Shown: positions 1 to 13,179 of the stretch, piece by piece | Layout of the letters: the number at the start of each line of letters is the position of its first letter | How positions within the stretch are numbered: the stretch's first letter is position 1 | Source of the DNA: Chiloscyllium plagiosum | Lineage: Eukaryota | Assembly (NCBI RefSeq): GCF_004010195.1 | Contig: NC_057753.1 | Span: forward strand, 8,972,806-9,029,823 | DNA length: 57,018 bases | Reading direction: 5' to 3' | The notes under the pieces: generated by a model | Databases searched by the model: none | The model's input: the letters and a program-made list of their open reading frames with translations, nothing else | Told to the model about the DNA's origin: nothing | Translations under genes and position numbers: made by a program

Positions 1-1763
1 CAATATTCCGAACGTGGCCTGACCAATGTTCTGTACAATGGCAACATGAGCTCCCAACATCTATCCTCAATGCTCTGACCAACAAAGGAAAGCACACCAA
101 ACGCCTTCTTTACTATCCAATCTGCCTGCGTCTCTACTTTTAAGGAACTATCAACCTGAACTCCAAGGTCTCTTTGCTCAGCAACACTTCCAATGAACTT
201 ACCATTAAGTATAAAAGTCCTGCTCTGATTTGTTTTTTCCTAAATGCAGCACCTCATATTTATCTACATTAACATCCATCCGCCACTTCTCAGCCCATTG
301 GCCCATCTGCTCAAGGTCCCGTTGTAATCTGAGGTAACCTTCTTTGCTGTCCACTACACCTCCAATTTTGGTGTCATCTACAAACGTACTAACGATACCT
401 CCTCCGTTTACATACAAATCATTTATATAAATGACAAAAAGTAGCGGACCCGGCATTGATCCTTGTGATACACCATTGGTCACAGGCCTTCAGTCTGAAA
501 AGTAACCCTCCATCACCACCCTCTGTCTTCTGCCTTCTAGCCAGTTCTGCATCCAAATGGCTAGTTGTCCCTGCATGCCATGAGATTAAACCTTGCTCAC
601 CAGTCTCCCATGAGGAACCTTGATTAACGCCTTCCTGAATTCCATATAGATCACGTCCATCGCTCTGCCCTCATCAATCCACTTTGTACTTCTTCAAAAA
701 ACTCAATCAAATTCGTGAGACATGGTTCCCCAAGCATAAAGCCATGCTGATTATCCCTAATCAATTCTTGCCTTTCCAAATACATGTAAATCCTATCTCT
801 CAGGATTCTCTCCAAAACCTTGCCCATCACAGATGTCACGTTCACCGGTCTATGGTTCCCTAGCTTTTCCTTGCCACCTTTCTTAAATAGTGGCACAACG
901 TTAGCCACCCTCTAGCCTTCCGGCATGTCACCTGTGACTATTGATTATAGAAATATCTCAGTGAAAGGCCCAGCAATCACTTCCCCAGTTTCCCACAGAG
1001 TTCTAGGGTACTCCTGATCAGGTCCTTGGGATTTATCCACTTTTATGCATTTCAAAATATCCAGCAATTTCTCATCTGTAATATGGGCATTTTTTCAACA
1101 TGTCACCATCTACTTTCTCACATTCTATATCTTCCATGCCCTTCTCCACAGTAAACACTGATGCACNNNNNNNNNNNNNNNNNTGCAGCTCCACACAAAG
1201 GCCGCCTTGCTGATCTTTGAGGGGCCCTATTCTCTCTCTTGTTATCCTATTGACCTTAATGTATTTATAAAAACCCTTTGGGTTATCCTTAACTCTATTT
1301 GCCAAAGCTATCTCATGTCCCCTTTTTGTGCTCATGATTTCCCTCTTAAGTATGCTCGTACTGCCTTTATAATCTAAGGATTCACTCGATCTCTCTTTCG
1401 ATACCTGACATATGCATCCTTCTTTATGTTAACCAAAATCTCAACTTCTCTAGTCATCCTGCATTCCCTACACTTACCAGCCTTTCCTTTCACCCTGACT
1501 GGAATATACTGTGTTTGGACTCTTGTTGTCTCATATTTGAAGGCTTTCCATTTTCCAGCAGTCCTTTAACCTGCGAACATTTGCCCCAAATCAGCTTTTG
1601 AAAGATCTTGCCTAATACCTGAGTCTTCCTCAATTTTAGAACTTCACCTTTAAATCTGACATATTATTTTCAATCATGTTAATAGAATTATGGTTGCTGG
1701 CCCTTAGGTTTTGCACCTCGCCAGTATGTACATCTACATTGTGAATTAGAAAATTACCTTGTA
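1..1763 (-). mobile_element. CR1-clade LINE (HER1-like) ORF2 fragment, frameshifted; RT region
   Basis: ORFs 205-483 (GVSQGSMPGPLLFVIYINDL...FVDDTKIGG), 651-908 (ANVVPLFKKGGK...NHRPVNVTS...QHGF) and 1072-1335 (KDNPKGFYKYI) are CR1 ORF2 motifs split by stops and frameshifts. Confidence 0.9.
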
Positions 1764-1859
1764 CACAGGCCTTCAGTCTGAAAAGTAACCCTCCATCACC
1801 AGCCTCTGTCTTCTGCCTTCTAGCCTGTTCTGCATCCAAATGCAAATTCCTCTATTTGG

Positions 1860-2680
1860 CGGATAAGTAAATGGGCAGGAGTACACCTTGGGTCCACTCT
1901 TCCTTCATTCCCATCAACCCTAACCCCATTCCCACCCCAATAGTCCAACGGCACTTTCGCCTGCAACTGCCGAATGTGTGACAGCAGCCCATTTACCTGC
2001 TCCCTCCTCACTATCCAAGGGCCCAAACTTACCTTCCAGGTGAAGCGGCACTTTACCTGCACTTCCCACAACCCAGTCTACTGCATTTGCTGCTCACAAT
2101 GTGGTCTCATCTACATTGGGGAAAACGAAGCGTAATCTGGGTGACTGCTGCACAGAACATCTACGTTCTGCCCGCAAAAAAGACCCTGAGCTTCCAGTTG
2201 CCTGCCAATTCCACACCCCATCCTGTTCCCTGGCCAACATCTCTGTCTCAGGTTTGCTGTAGTGTTCCAGAGAAGCTCAGCACCAGCAGAACGAAGAGCA
2301 CCGAATATTACACTTGGGGACCATACATCTCTCTGGTCCCAATTTCGAATTCAATAATTCTAGGGCCTGAACTCCATAGTATCCTCGTCCCTTCCACACA
2401 CATCAAGCCTTGTTATCACATAGTCTGTCATTACACACTACCTATTCTTAGCCACGAACAGTCTCCATTCACCCTCCCACGCAGATCGTTATCAACTCCC
2501 TTTCCTGTCCAACAGTTCTTCCCTCGCTTTGCGGTCTGTCCTGATCTATCATTTACTGCATCCGCCTTCCTCCCACAATATCTCCTGCATATAAACCAAC
2601 GTTTTCCCAATTACCATCATTTCTATAGAAGGGTCACCGGCAACGACTGTATTTTTTGTTTCTGATATACAGCATCCGCA
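1860..2680 (+). mobile_element. Penelope-like element 3' fragment (GIY-YIG endonuclease region plus 3' end), degenerate
   Basis: Reads CSQCGLIYIG...LGDCCTEHLRS...PVACQFH across frames; paralogous to 47420-48245 and (inverted) 21500-22480. Confidence 0.75.
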
Positions 2681-2852
2681 GTTCTTTCATCTTTTTATTG
2701 AGGTAGAATTGGAAATTGTTTCGAGAGACAGAAGGAGAGGAGGGAGAGACGGAACAGACATGAACTGTTGATCTCCGTTGTTAGTCACAACACAAAATCA
2801 TTGTAGTGCGATCACTTCCCTTAAGCATGAACAGCGGTCACCTGCCATCCGT

Positions 2853-2925
2853 GAGCTTGTGGCGCAACAGTAGCGCGTCTGACTCCAGCATCAGAAAGTT
2901 GCGTGTTCAAATCACGTCAAGCTTA
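2853..2925 (+). tRNA. tRNA-Trp(CCA) gene or pseudogene with 8-nt anticodon loop
   Basis: GAGCTTG TG GCGC AACAGTA GCGC G TCTGA CTCCAGCA TCAGA AAGTT GCGTG TTCAAAT CACGT CAAGCTT A; matches vertebrate tRNA-Trp; all four stems pair; extra C after position 37; G18>A. Confidence 0.85.
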
Positions 2926-4508
2926 ATGAAATCAACTTCTTACATTTCAAATCAAGAAAGGATTCGGTTCACTCCGGGTATCTGTTGAGCCAAGTCTTCT
3001 TTCTGGAAACTTTCAATCACACGTGAAATTGTGCTGTCAGTTTGATTTGTGAACACAGTGTCAGGGAGGTGGTATGCCCATTGTCTGGGTAAATGCTCAG
3101 CTCCCCCAGTTCATCACGGGATTTAAACACAGCCGCCTCCTGCTGGGCAGCCGCTTCGTTCAGTTGGTGACAGTGCGGTGTGAATAACGTCATACCGATA
3201 TTTTGACAACATAATCCAGAGACTCCCAGCTTTATGTTTCAATTTATCAGGAGAGTGACAGCGAGTTCAGATAGAAATGTTTCCCACCAACAGCAAATCC
3301 TTTCCTCTCACTGGACACAGTTATAATTATCTTTATTCAACAGGAGGAGCGGAAACTACACTCTGGCATCCTCTCTCCACATTAACGGTGAGACTGAATT
3401 TTATTAACGGTGTCAGTAAAATCCAATGGCGGACACTGATTTGGTTCAGTCGATTTTTTTGCCAAGTGTAATTCACCGAGAGGATGCTGCTGTGGGAATT
3501 TCTGCAGGGCCTCCTGCACATGAAACACACCGCAACTGATGTGTTTCACCTTCACCAGTTTATTCCTATCTCGAAGAAGTGAGGTTTGATGATTCGGATC
3601 ATAGCAGCCAGACAGAGGACAGGAGAAGAGCACTCAGCCCTTCACAAGCTTGTCACCACAGCTGGGTCATCGGGGCCCGTGTATCAGTATGGGATAGTAA
3701 TCTGCATCTACTGACTGGAAGCACAGCAGATTGGAGTGCTGGTGGGACTATCACACAGGAGAAAACGGCTTCGACCTATCAACTGGAGTGGCTCCCAATG
3801 CGCAACTCCGCTCACCTCAACTGAATAACTGTAAACAAATTACTCCGTGATTCAAAGGAATACTCGGTTTTGAATCTGCATTGTGTCATGTACCTTCGAG
3901 AATGACGTCAAAACACCTTCATTGCTGTGATGGAGTATCCTGTTGGGCAGAATATATCAGTTGTCAAATTTCCTACGTTCTGTTGGTCCAACTCCGATTT
4001 CACTCAGAATCACAAAATGTGTGACAGCGCAGACTGAGGCCATGCAGCCCACCTTAGCTCTGCTGGCTCAACACAATATGTAAATAAGTGTCTCATTCTG
4101 TCGACTTCTCCCTGTAAATCTGCACATTGTTACATTGAACATGCCCACCGAATTCCCTTTTCTGTCCATTGAATCTACCTCTTTGTCACTGTCAGACAGC
4201 GACTTACTGACCCCACTCCCTGTGCGAAAACGGTCTTCCTAATGTCACTTTTACTTATTTTCCTGATGATTTTCAATCTCTGCCAAATAGTTCTCGATCC
4301 TTTCAGGCCTGGGAGCATTTTCACTGCATTATTTCCTCTGCCGAAAACCCTCATGACGTGGAAAACTTCAATCAGGCCAGCTTTCAACCTTCTGTTCACC
4401 TAAGACAACTGCCCCAACTTTCCAATCTACCTTCATGACTGACATTCCTCATACACGGTACCATTCACTTCAACTTGTTCAGCGCTGTCTGCAATCACTT
4501 CACTTCCC

Positions 4509-5090
4509 CGGGTATCGGGTCCTTCGTTCTGGTGAGTTGTTGTCTGAGAGTGGCTGTTGGTTTGTGTGCTGTTATGAGTCCTAGTGATCGCAGTAGTCTG
4601 GCTGTCAGTTCGGAAATGGCCCGATACCCAACATAAGCAAAACAAATGTAGTGTGCAAAATCCCATGCAAGGACCGCACAAAACACTATATAGGACAAAG
4701 AGGAAGACAGCTAACGATCCGCATCCATGAACACCAACTAGCCACGAAACGACACGACCAAATATCCTTAGTAGCCACACACACACAGATGACAAGCAAC
4801 ATGAATTTGACTTGGACAACACTACCATTATCGGGCAAGCCAAACAGAGAACAGCCAGGGAATTCCTAGACGCATGGCACTCATCCACAGACTCTATCAA
4901 CAAACACATCGACTTGGACCCAATATACCGGCCCCTACAGCGGACAGCTGGAACTGACAACCGGCCACTATAAATGCCGGAGGAAACAGCACAGAAGCGC
5001 TTCACAGGAGGCTCCCAAGCACTGAGGATGTCACCTAGAGAGGGGACGAAACGTTTGCAACACAAATGCCCAGCTCGGCAAACAGAACGA
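4509..5090 (+). mobile_element. Penelope-like element 3' end with 5' inversion (GIY-YIG fragment plus hammerhead-bearing terminal repeat)
   Basis: 4651-4869 CKIPCKD..KHYIGQRGRQLTIRIHEH (GIY-YIG); 4509-4620 is the upstream linker (SELTARLLRSLGLITAHKP) on the opposite strand; absent from the paralog at ~49985. Confidence 0.85.
5019..5058 (+). ncRNA. Minimal type I hammerhead ribozyme motif (PLE)
   Basis: GCA CTGAGGA T GTCACCT AGAG AGGGGAC GAAA CG TT TGC: core boxes, stem II, palindromic ACGT stem III, GUU site, stem I GCA/TGC. Confidence 0.75.
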
Positions 5091-5391
5091 CAGCAGTTCT
5101 GCATTCCCCCATCCCAGGGAAAAGACCTTGTCTATTCACTCCATCCACGCCCCTCAAGTTTTTATAAACCTCTTTAAAAAATATCTCTCAGCCTGCGATG
5201 CTCCTGGGAAAACAGCCCCATCCTATTCAGCCTCTCCCTGTGGTTTAAAGCTTTTACCCTGGCAACATCCTTTTGAATCTTTTCTCAATCCTTTCAAGTT
5301 TCACAACATTGAAAGTCCCCTTCTTGTCTCGAACCTGTGCCCTATTTTAGTTGACCTTTCCTCCGTGAAGGGATTAAAAAGCCTCTGACGA

Positions 5392-5792
5392 TCATAGAAT
5401 CCCTCCAGGGTGGAAACAGATGATTCAGCCCAACAAGTCAACACCGACCCTCCAAAGATTAACCCACAGGGACTCATTCCCCTACCCCTATTACTCTATA
5501 TTTACCCCTAACTAATGCACCTGACATACACATCCCTGAACACTCGGGCAATTTACACACAGACAATCCATTTTAACCTGCCTATCCCTGGACACTATGG
5601 GTAATTGAGCATGGCTAATCCACCCTAACCTACACATTTTTGGAATGTAGGAGGAAGCCCTTGCAGACATGAGAGGTGGCATGCAGGAAAAATGTGCAAA
5701 CTCCACACAGACAGTCACCCGAGACTGAAATCGAACTCGGGTCTCCGGCACTGTGTGGCATCAGTGCAAACCACTGAGCTACCCTGCCACCC
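5392..5792 (-). mobile_element. HE1-like V-SINE
   Basis: Minus strand has a tRNA-like head (GGGTGGCAGGGTAGCTCAGTGG...GAGTTCGATT), the V-domain GTGGAGTTTGCACAT and a CR1-like tail. Confidence 0.8.
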
Positions 5793-6272
5793 CTGTCCAA
5801 CCAATCTGTGTCTCATCATATTGTCGAGGTCTCCCCTCAGCCTCTGTCTTCCCAGAGAGAAAACAAAATCAGGTTTATGCCACATCTCCTCATAACTAGA
5901 GCCCTTCAGGCCTGGCAATGTCCTGGTGAACCTTGTCTGTACCCTCTGCCAGAGCACCCACATCCTTCCGGTAGTTTGGCGACCAGAACTGAACGCAGTA
6001 TTCCAAATATGGCCAGAATAAATAGGTGTAACTCGCCAACTCTTACACTCAAGCAAACGTGCTGTGTTTCTTCTTGATCACCGTACCCACCTGCTTTACC
6101 ACTTCCACGGATCTATATGCCCAAACCCTTCTGTATGCCAGTGCTGCTATGAGTTCTGCCAGTTATCATACAATTCTTATATTTCCTTCGTCTCTAGCTT
6201 TGGACTTCCTCTACCGTGGGGAATAGACATGTAAAGTTGAGCAGCCAGACAAATTTCAAAAGGACACAAAAG

Positions 6273-6819
6273 GCGTGTCTGCACATGGGACAATTGAATG
6301 AATCCTTTCCCACAATGGCGGCAGATGAACGTCATCTCCCTGGTGTGAACTCGCTGGTGTATCTGCAGGCTGCACAGCCAACTGAATCCCTTCCCGCATA
6401 CTGAGAAGGAGAATGGCGTCTCCCCAGTGAGAACGCATCTGTGGGTGTCTAGTCCCTTTCCCACAGTCCTCACATTTCCATGGTTTCCCCATGAGGGGAG
6501 CATTCTTTGTGTCACGCTGGGTTTGAAATTAAAAACAGAATGGATACATAGTCTCTCCCCACTGTGAGGGGTGAGATTTTGATCCCCCAAGCTGAGTAAA
6601 TTGTTTGACGCATTTTTCACAGACAGCGGACTGAATCTGCCTCACTCGGGTGTCTCAGTATTATTCCTGCCATACCAGTGTTCAAAATCTCTCACACAGA
6701 CAAAAGCAAACATTTCTTCTCGAATTCAATGGCTGCTGATATTCAAGCCCCATTGATTCAAGTGGCTCTGTCAGATGATGACGTATCATTTGTTTTCAGA
6801 TTTCTTTCTGCATGTCTTC
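6273..6819 (-). pseudogene. C2H2 zinc-finger exon, frameshifted
   Basis: KPWKCEDCGKG and CGKGFSWLCSLQIHQRVHT..FICRHCGKGF lie in different frames; polypyrimidine-CAG acceptor at 6820-6821. Confidence 0.8.
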
Positions 6820-7974
6820 CTGCAAAAAGAATCACAAATTGAGTGATCACTGTCAGTACTGTTAAATGAACATAACATCGGTGGCAATTCCTGTAGATTG
6901 CTAGATGAGTGCTGACCATATGTTATGCAGGACCCAGAAAACCCTCATGCAACAAGATAGCCTGAAGTGTGTGTGGAGGAAAACTTAATTTAGATCGCAA
7001 TAACCTGGAACAAGCTGTCGACAAAGGTGCTGGAAATGGAGCTGAATCAAGAAAATGATAATGAAATGTCAAGGCTGCTTGGGAAAAGAAAGCCAGCGAA
7101 GTTACTGAATGACATCCTGCTGTCCTAGTAATTTAAAAAAAAAACAAAAAATATAGAACGTAACTCTATTACTGCATTAGAAGGTGAAAAATCGTAGCCA
7201 CACAGTTTTTATAACAGCCAACAATATCAGATATACACCATATGAAGCAACATATGTCTTCCTTTGAAATCAATGTGCCAATCCCTTAAATACTGCTCAG
7301 TGCCATGAGAAACTACCCTTATAATTCTGAACATGAGGAAAGAAGTGAACCTTTTCCAGGGTGCAAACTCTATACGTGCCAAACTGAGGGAATACACAAG
7401 GAAAATACCTTTGAGAGGGACAGAGAGCATCTGAGCACCTTTGGAGAGCCTGCTCCCTCCATGGAGTCACTCCAGTTGCTACAAGTGAACAGTCTCCACC
7501 CCACACCCCACCCCCCACGCCTCTCTTTCTCCCCCTCCCAGGTTGAGGAATGGAAAGGGGGAGACATTGCTTTGCTCCCAGATATTGCCCAGAGGGAGGG
7601 AGTTTCATTCTGAAATTGACAGGGCTACCTCCACGTTGAGACGTCCACAATGGGGTGGGGACGCACTGCGCCTGCGCTGCCCTGCAGTTGAGGCACATGG
7701 GGAGGGGAGGACACTTTGCAAACTCCTTTCGATATCTCCCACGTCAATGCAGTTTGAGTTCAAGCAAAGCACAGGGTTTAATTTTAGCTTTACACTCTCA
7801 AAAAAACCCCACCTCTGTGAATCCAACACTTTACTCCCCCCTCCACTCCATGGAAATATCGATTTGAGAGATTCCAGAGTTGGAGTTGCTGCCGTACCTG
7901 CTGTAGGGGGTTTAGTAGAAGCTGTTTATTTTAATGAACCATTTCATTTCAACCTCATCCTTGCCATTCAAATA

Positions 7975-8965
7975 CTAATTTTACACAGAGGGTGGTTGAT
8001 GTGTGGAATGAACCTCCTCAGGAAGCGGTGGATGCGGGTACAATAAAAAGACATTTGTTTTAGTGCATGAATAGGAAAGGTTTGGAGGGATACAGGCCAA
8101 CAGCAGACAGGAGAGCCTGATTTAGTTTGGGATTATGGTTCGGATGGACTGGTTGAAGCAAAGGTCCATGATCATGCTGTATACACTCGATGGTAAGTTC
8201 ATAGTTCCTTGAAAGGGGAGTCGCACATAGACAGAATAGATAAGAAGGTGTTTGATATGCCTGCCTTTATTGGTCAGTACATTGAGTGCAGGAGTCGGGA
8301 GGTCATGTTGCGACTGTAGAAGACATTGGTTAGGCTACACTTGGAGTATTGGAAGCAATTCTGGTACCAGTGATCCCACCCTGACACACCATAAACCAGA
8401 GATAGTGACTGAAATTGACTCTGATACAAAATCAAATCATTAAATCGCTGCAGTGCAGAAACAGGCCATTTGTCTCATTGAATGCATTCGGTACAGGAGT
8501 TGGGAGGTCATGTTGTAGCTGTACAGGACATTGGTTCAGCCACTTTTGGATTATTGCATTCGATTCTCGTCTCCCTACTGTAGGATAGGAACGATGTTGT
8601 GAAACTTGAAAGTGTGCAGAAAAGATTGATAAGGATGTCGCCAGGGTTGGAGGGTTTGTGATATAAGGAGAACCTGAATAGGATGGGGCTGCTTCCCTGG
8701 AGTGTCGGAGACTGAGGGGTGATCTTATGGACATTTATAAAATCATGAGGGGCATGGATAGGGTGAATAGGCTAAAGGAAGTGGTGGAGGCTGGTACAAT
8801 TGCAACATTTAAAAGTCATCTGGATGAATGTGTGAATAGGAAAGGTTTGGAGGGATATGGGCCAAATGCTGGCAAATGGGACACTAGATTTATATAGGAC
8901 ATCTTGTCAGCATGGATGTGTTGGATCAAAAAGTCTATTTCCGTGCTGTAAATCTCTATGTCTAT
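7975..8965 (+). mobile_element. Several CR1 LINE 3'-end fragments
   Basis: TTTTACACAGAGGGTGG, GGGAGGTCATGTTG..CTGTACAGGACATTGG and AGACTGAGGGGTGATCTTAT are shark CR1 3' motifs repeated throughout the window. Confidence 0.7.
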
Positions 8966-9627
8966 TTGATAACAGATGCTTTATTTCTGTTGATGTAAAT
9001 ATTGTTAGGGATAGAGAATTCCTCAAGTAGGGGATGATAATAATCCTGGGAGACCCCTAATTCTGGTTTAATATCTAATTAACACACCTTAAGCGCCAAA
9101 TGTGCATTTATGTATAATTTTGTTTCATTTTTCTTGTTTTACTCCCTGCTCCGATGACTCTCTCACTCTGGATGGTTATCAGGCTGAGAACATTGTGGAT
9201 TGGGCCTTGATCGACTGAATGTTTTATTGCTCTGGAAGGTGTAAAAGGGGCTCAAAAGTTTCAGCAGAAAGCCAGCTGAGCTGAGAACAGACAACATCTT
9301 ACTCTGTGGGAACAGGGAGAAGAGGACAGAGAAATCAGGACCTGAAATCCGAGCTGACACCAGAGTACCATGTTATTAGTGCTTTGATTAGCAGTGCCAA
9401 CCCTCTACCTTTACCTCGCTTCCTCTTCAACTTGAATCCACGTACCCTCTCAATATTCAGATCCAATCCTTGTCATCCTGAAGCCATGTCCCTGTAAGGA
9501 GTCTCAGATCATAATTATTCTCTTCAATGTGTGCAGCCAATTCATTCAGTTTTGTTACATTGCAGCACACATCCAGCCATACAGTCTTCAGTTTCAATTC
9601 TCGTGTTCTGTATAATCCAGTTTTGAT

Positions 9628-9797
9628 TGATTAGATTCGATTCCCTTCAGTGTGGAAACAGGCCCTTCGGCCCAACAAGTCCAGACCGACACCCTGAAGA
9701 GTAGCCCTCCCAGACGCATTTCTTCCTGATTAATGAACCTAACACTATGGACAATTTAGCATGGTCATTTGACCTGACCTGCACATCTTTGGACTGG
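9628..9797 (-). mobile_element. 3' part of HE1-like SINE
   Basis: Similar to the tail of 52632-52940 (GTGGAAACAGGCCCTTCGGCCCAACAAGTCC on +); absent from the inverted paralog near 29120. Confidence 0.6.
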
Positions 9798-10859
9798 GAC
9801 ATTTACATTCCGTGTCCTTTTCTATCATTCTCTGATGTTAAGTTCCACATCACTACATTGCTCACCTGCCTTGATACGGATTGGCCATGAAAAATGCATG
9901 TTTATACATTTGCAGTAACAGAAGCAAGAGTCGGCCATTTGGTCCATCGAGCTACTCCACCATTCATTAAGATAATGCCTCATCTATCTATCGTCTCAGC
10001 TCCTGTTACCTGCATTATCCTGACTATCCTAAATTCACCAACCATACAAATTCCCATCGAACTATGTCTTGAATATGGATGCCTCTACTGCTTCCGTGGG
10101 CAGAGAATTCCATAGATTCACCACTCTCCGCGAAAAGCAGTTCCTTTTTCTCTGTCTTAAACCTACTCCCCTTAATCTTGTGACCTAGTCTCACTCACCA
10201 GCAGCAACAACTAGATAGGGTGGGTCTGGGTGGCATGCTCGTCGGATGGGTCAGTGTGGACTTGATGGGATGAATGGCCTGCTTCCACGCTGCAGTGATT
10301 CTATGATTTACCGCAGTTGCGTTTGCCATGGACCGCAGCACCAGAACCTCCCACCTTCTGCAAATCGAAAGACAAGTCCACCCTGCCCTCTTGTACATGT
10401 GTTATCTAACTGCTTAATCATTTCCAGTGAATCCAGCCCACGCCTCCCGCTGCTGCGAGTAACCTTTACAAAGCTGATGAGACAATGCTATACCTGCAGT
10501 ACTGAAAATCGTAAGGTTTCTAACGATACCAGTTACTGATTCACCACTCCCACTTATGGACTGCATTGGAAATACAATGTTGGAGGCTGAAAGAAATGAG
10601 CAGTTTAAAACAAAAACTCACCTAACCCTTTACTAGGCTCCCTGCTCAGCACACTTTACTTAAATCACTTCAACTCCACATTGCAACAAATTCCCACTTT
10701 CCACCAATATCCTGAATGTCCTCACTCACTCAGTTGCTGTCTCACAAATGAAAGATTTCATTGTAGCTTCTGCTCCCAGAAAGGACAAAACATTTTTGTA
10801 AGCTGCTCTGAAAGTCCAGTCTTCACAATCACTCTTCTGCTTTCCGTCAGTCCAAATTG

Positions 10860-11560
10860 TCCGTGCTGACCAGATATCCCAAATTAGCATAGTCTCATTT
10901 GTCAGCACATAACCCATACCCCTCTCAATTCTCCCTATTACCAGATGCCTTTTGAAATGCTATAATTATACCAGCCTCCACCACTTCCTCTGGCAGTTCA
11001 TTCTATACACACAACACCCTCTGCGTGAGAAAGGTGCCTGCAAAGTTCCTTTTAAATATTTCCCCTCTCACCTCAGACCTATGACCTCTAGTTTTGGACT
11101 CCCCTACTCTGGGGAAAAGATTTTGGCTATTCACCCTATCCATGCTCCTTATGAACTTCTATAAAGTCACCCCTCAGGCCCCAATGATCCAGAGAAAACA
11201 GCCCAGCCTATTCAGCCTCTCCATATAGATCAAACCCTCCAACTCTGGCAATAGCCTTGTAAATCTTTTACAAATCCTTACAAAGGTTCGTAACACTTTT
11301 CCTGTAGCAGGGAAACCAGAACCGAATAAAGTATTCCAAAAGTGGCCTCATCAATGTCCTGTACAGCCGCAACATGACCTCCCAACATCTGTATTGAATT
11401 GCACTGACCTATAAAAGCAAATCTCCCAAACACCTTCTTTGCTATCCTGTCTACCTGCGACTCTACTATGAACCAGCACTCCATGGTATGTTTATTCAAC
11501 AACACTCCCCATTAAATGTGTAGATCCTGCCCTGATCTGCCTTTCCAAAATCCATATTTC
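10860..11560 (-). mobile_element. CR1 LINE 3' fragment
   Basis: ORF 11278-11505 (VESQVDRIAKKVFGRFAFIGQ); inverted paralog at 27630-28340. Confidence 0.75.
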
Positions 11561-11662
11561 AAAATGGGGTCGAGAAACGTATAAGCCGTGATTGAATGTT
11601 GGAGCAGATCTGATGGGCTAAATGGCGTAATTTCTGCACCGATGTCGGATTGTCTCTTGCTG

Positions 11663-12280
11663 TCCTGGACATAGTGAGAGAATTGGAAACAGGAATAGGT
11701 CATTTGTCTTTCCAGCTGGCACCAGTATTGAACAGTTCATAACTGGATATAAATATACCTGCATCTAGATGGATAGGCTAGGACTTTTTTCACTGGAGCA
11801 TCAGAGGTTGAGAGGTGACCTTAGAGAGGATTATAAAATCATGAGAGGTATTGATGAGGTGAACGACAGGTATTCTTTCCCTAGTGTGGGTGGTTCAAGA
11901 TGAGGGAGCAAATTTTGAAGGTGAAGAAATAAATATTTTAAAAAGACATGAGGGGCACCTTTTTTTAAANGTCCTGGACACAGTGAGAGAATTGGAAGCA
12001 GGAATAGGTCATTTGTCTTTCCAGCTGGCACCAGTATTGAACAGTTCATAACTGGATATAAATATACCTGCATCTAGATGGATAGCTGGGACTTTTTTCA
12101 CTGGAGCATCAGAGGTTGAGAGGTGACCTCAGAGAGGATTATAAAATCATGAGAGTTATAGATGAGGTGAACAGCAGGTATTCTTTCCCTAGTGTGGATG
12201 GTTCAAGATTAGGGAGCAAATTTTGAAGGTGAAGAAAGAAATATTTTTAAAAGACATGAGGGGCACCTTTTTTTTAAAGA
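11663..12280 (+). repeat. ~308-bp direct tandem duplication joined at a single N (11970), within a CR1 fragment
   Basis: GTCCTGGACA(T/C)AGTGAGAGAATTGGAA...GAGGGGCACCTTTTTTT appears on both sides of N11970; the paralog at 27240-27540 has one copy. Confidence 0.85.
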
Positions 12281-13179
12281 TAAAGAGTAGTTCGTGTGAG
12301 GAATCAATGTCCAGAGGAGTTGCTGGATGCAGGTACAGTTACAATGTTTAAAAGACATTTGGATAAGTACATGAATAGGAAAGGTTCGGAGGGATATAGG
12401 CCAATCATTGGCAGGTGGGACCAGTTTGGTTCAGAACACCGCCAGCATGGACTAGTTCGACTGAATGGTCTGTTTCTGTGCTGTATGACTCTGTAACTGT
12501 TCTGTACTGGTTTTAAAACCATTTTCTTGCCTTCTCCCATAACTTCTTTGTTCTTCAAAGTCACATGAACTCAGCCTTGAATACATTCAATAACCGACCT
12601 AACTGCAGGAAGACATCCCCACTTCTGAACTCAATTCCTCTTGCTGATATACCACTTGCTTTGCTCATTGCTTGCAGCACTTTCTGACAACTGGCAGTGA
12701 CTGGTGTCGAAGGACACTGAGGCCCCTTTGTCTATCCACACATCACTCCTGATGAAGGGCTTGTGCCCGTTACGTCGGCTCTCCTGCTCCTCAGTTGCTG
12801 CCTGATCGACTGTGGTTTTCCAGCGCCACAATATTCAACTCTGATCTCCAGCATCTCACTTTCGCCACATCTCAACATATCACCATTTAAATAATGCACC
12901 TCCTTTCTGCTATTTTTTTGCACTGCAAAGGCTATAACGTCACATTGTGGTACTGCATTTTCCATGTGTTTGCAAGTTGACACACAGACCTGGATCAACT
13001 TTTCCAGAGTCTGGCCCTCCCTCGGTTCACTCTTGAGCCCCAGAATGAAAACTTGGTGAGAAAAACACTGTTGGACTCACAAATGTTAGACAGAGGAAGG
13101 AAGTTACAGTCTGGGGTGAGGTTTAACCTTATGCAGAGAGAAAAGAGCAGCAACATCTTCAGAGCTCAATGTCCAACCT

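Noticed and set aside
11663..12280. Biological tandem duplication
   Set aside because: The junction is a single N and the paralog has one copy, so it is probably an unmerged contig overlap or haplotype pair; kept only as a repeat feature
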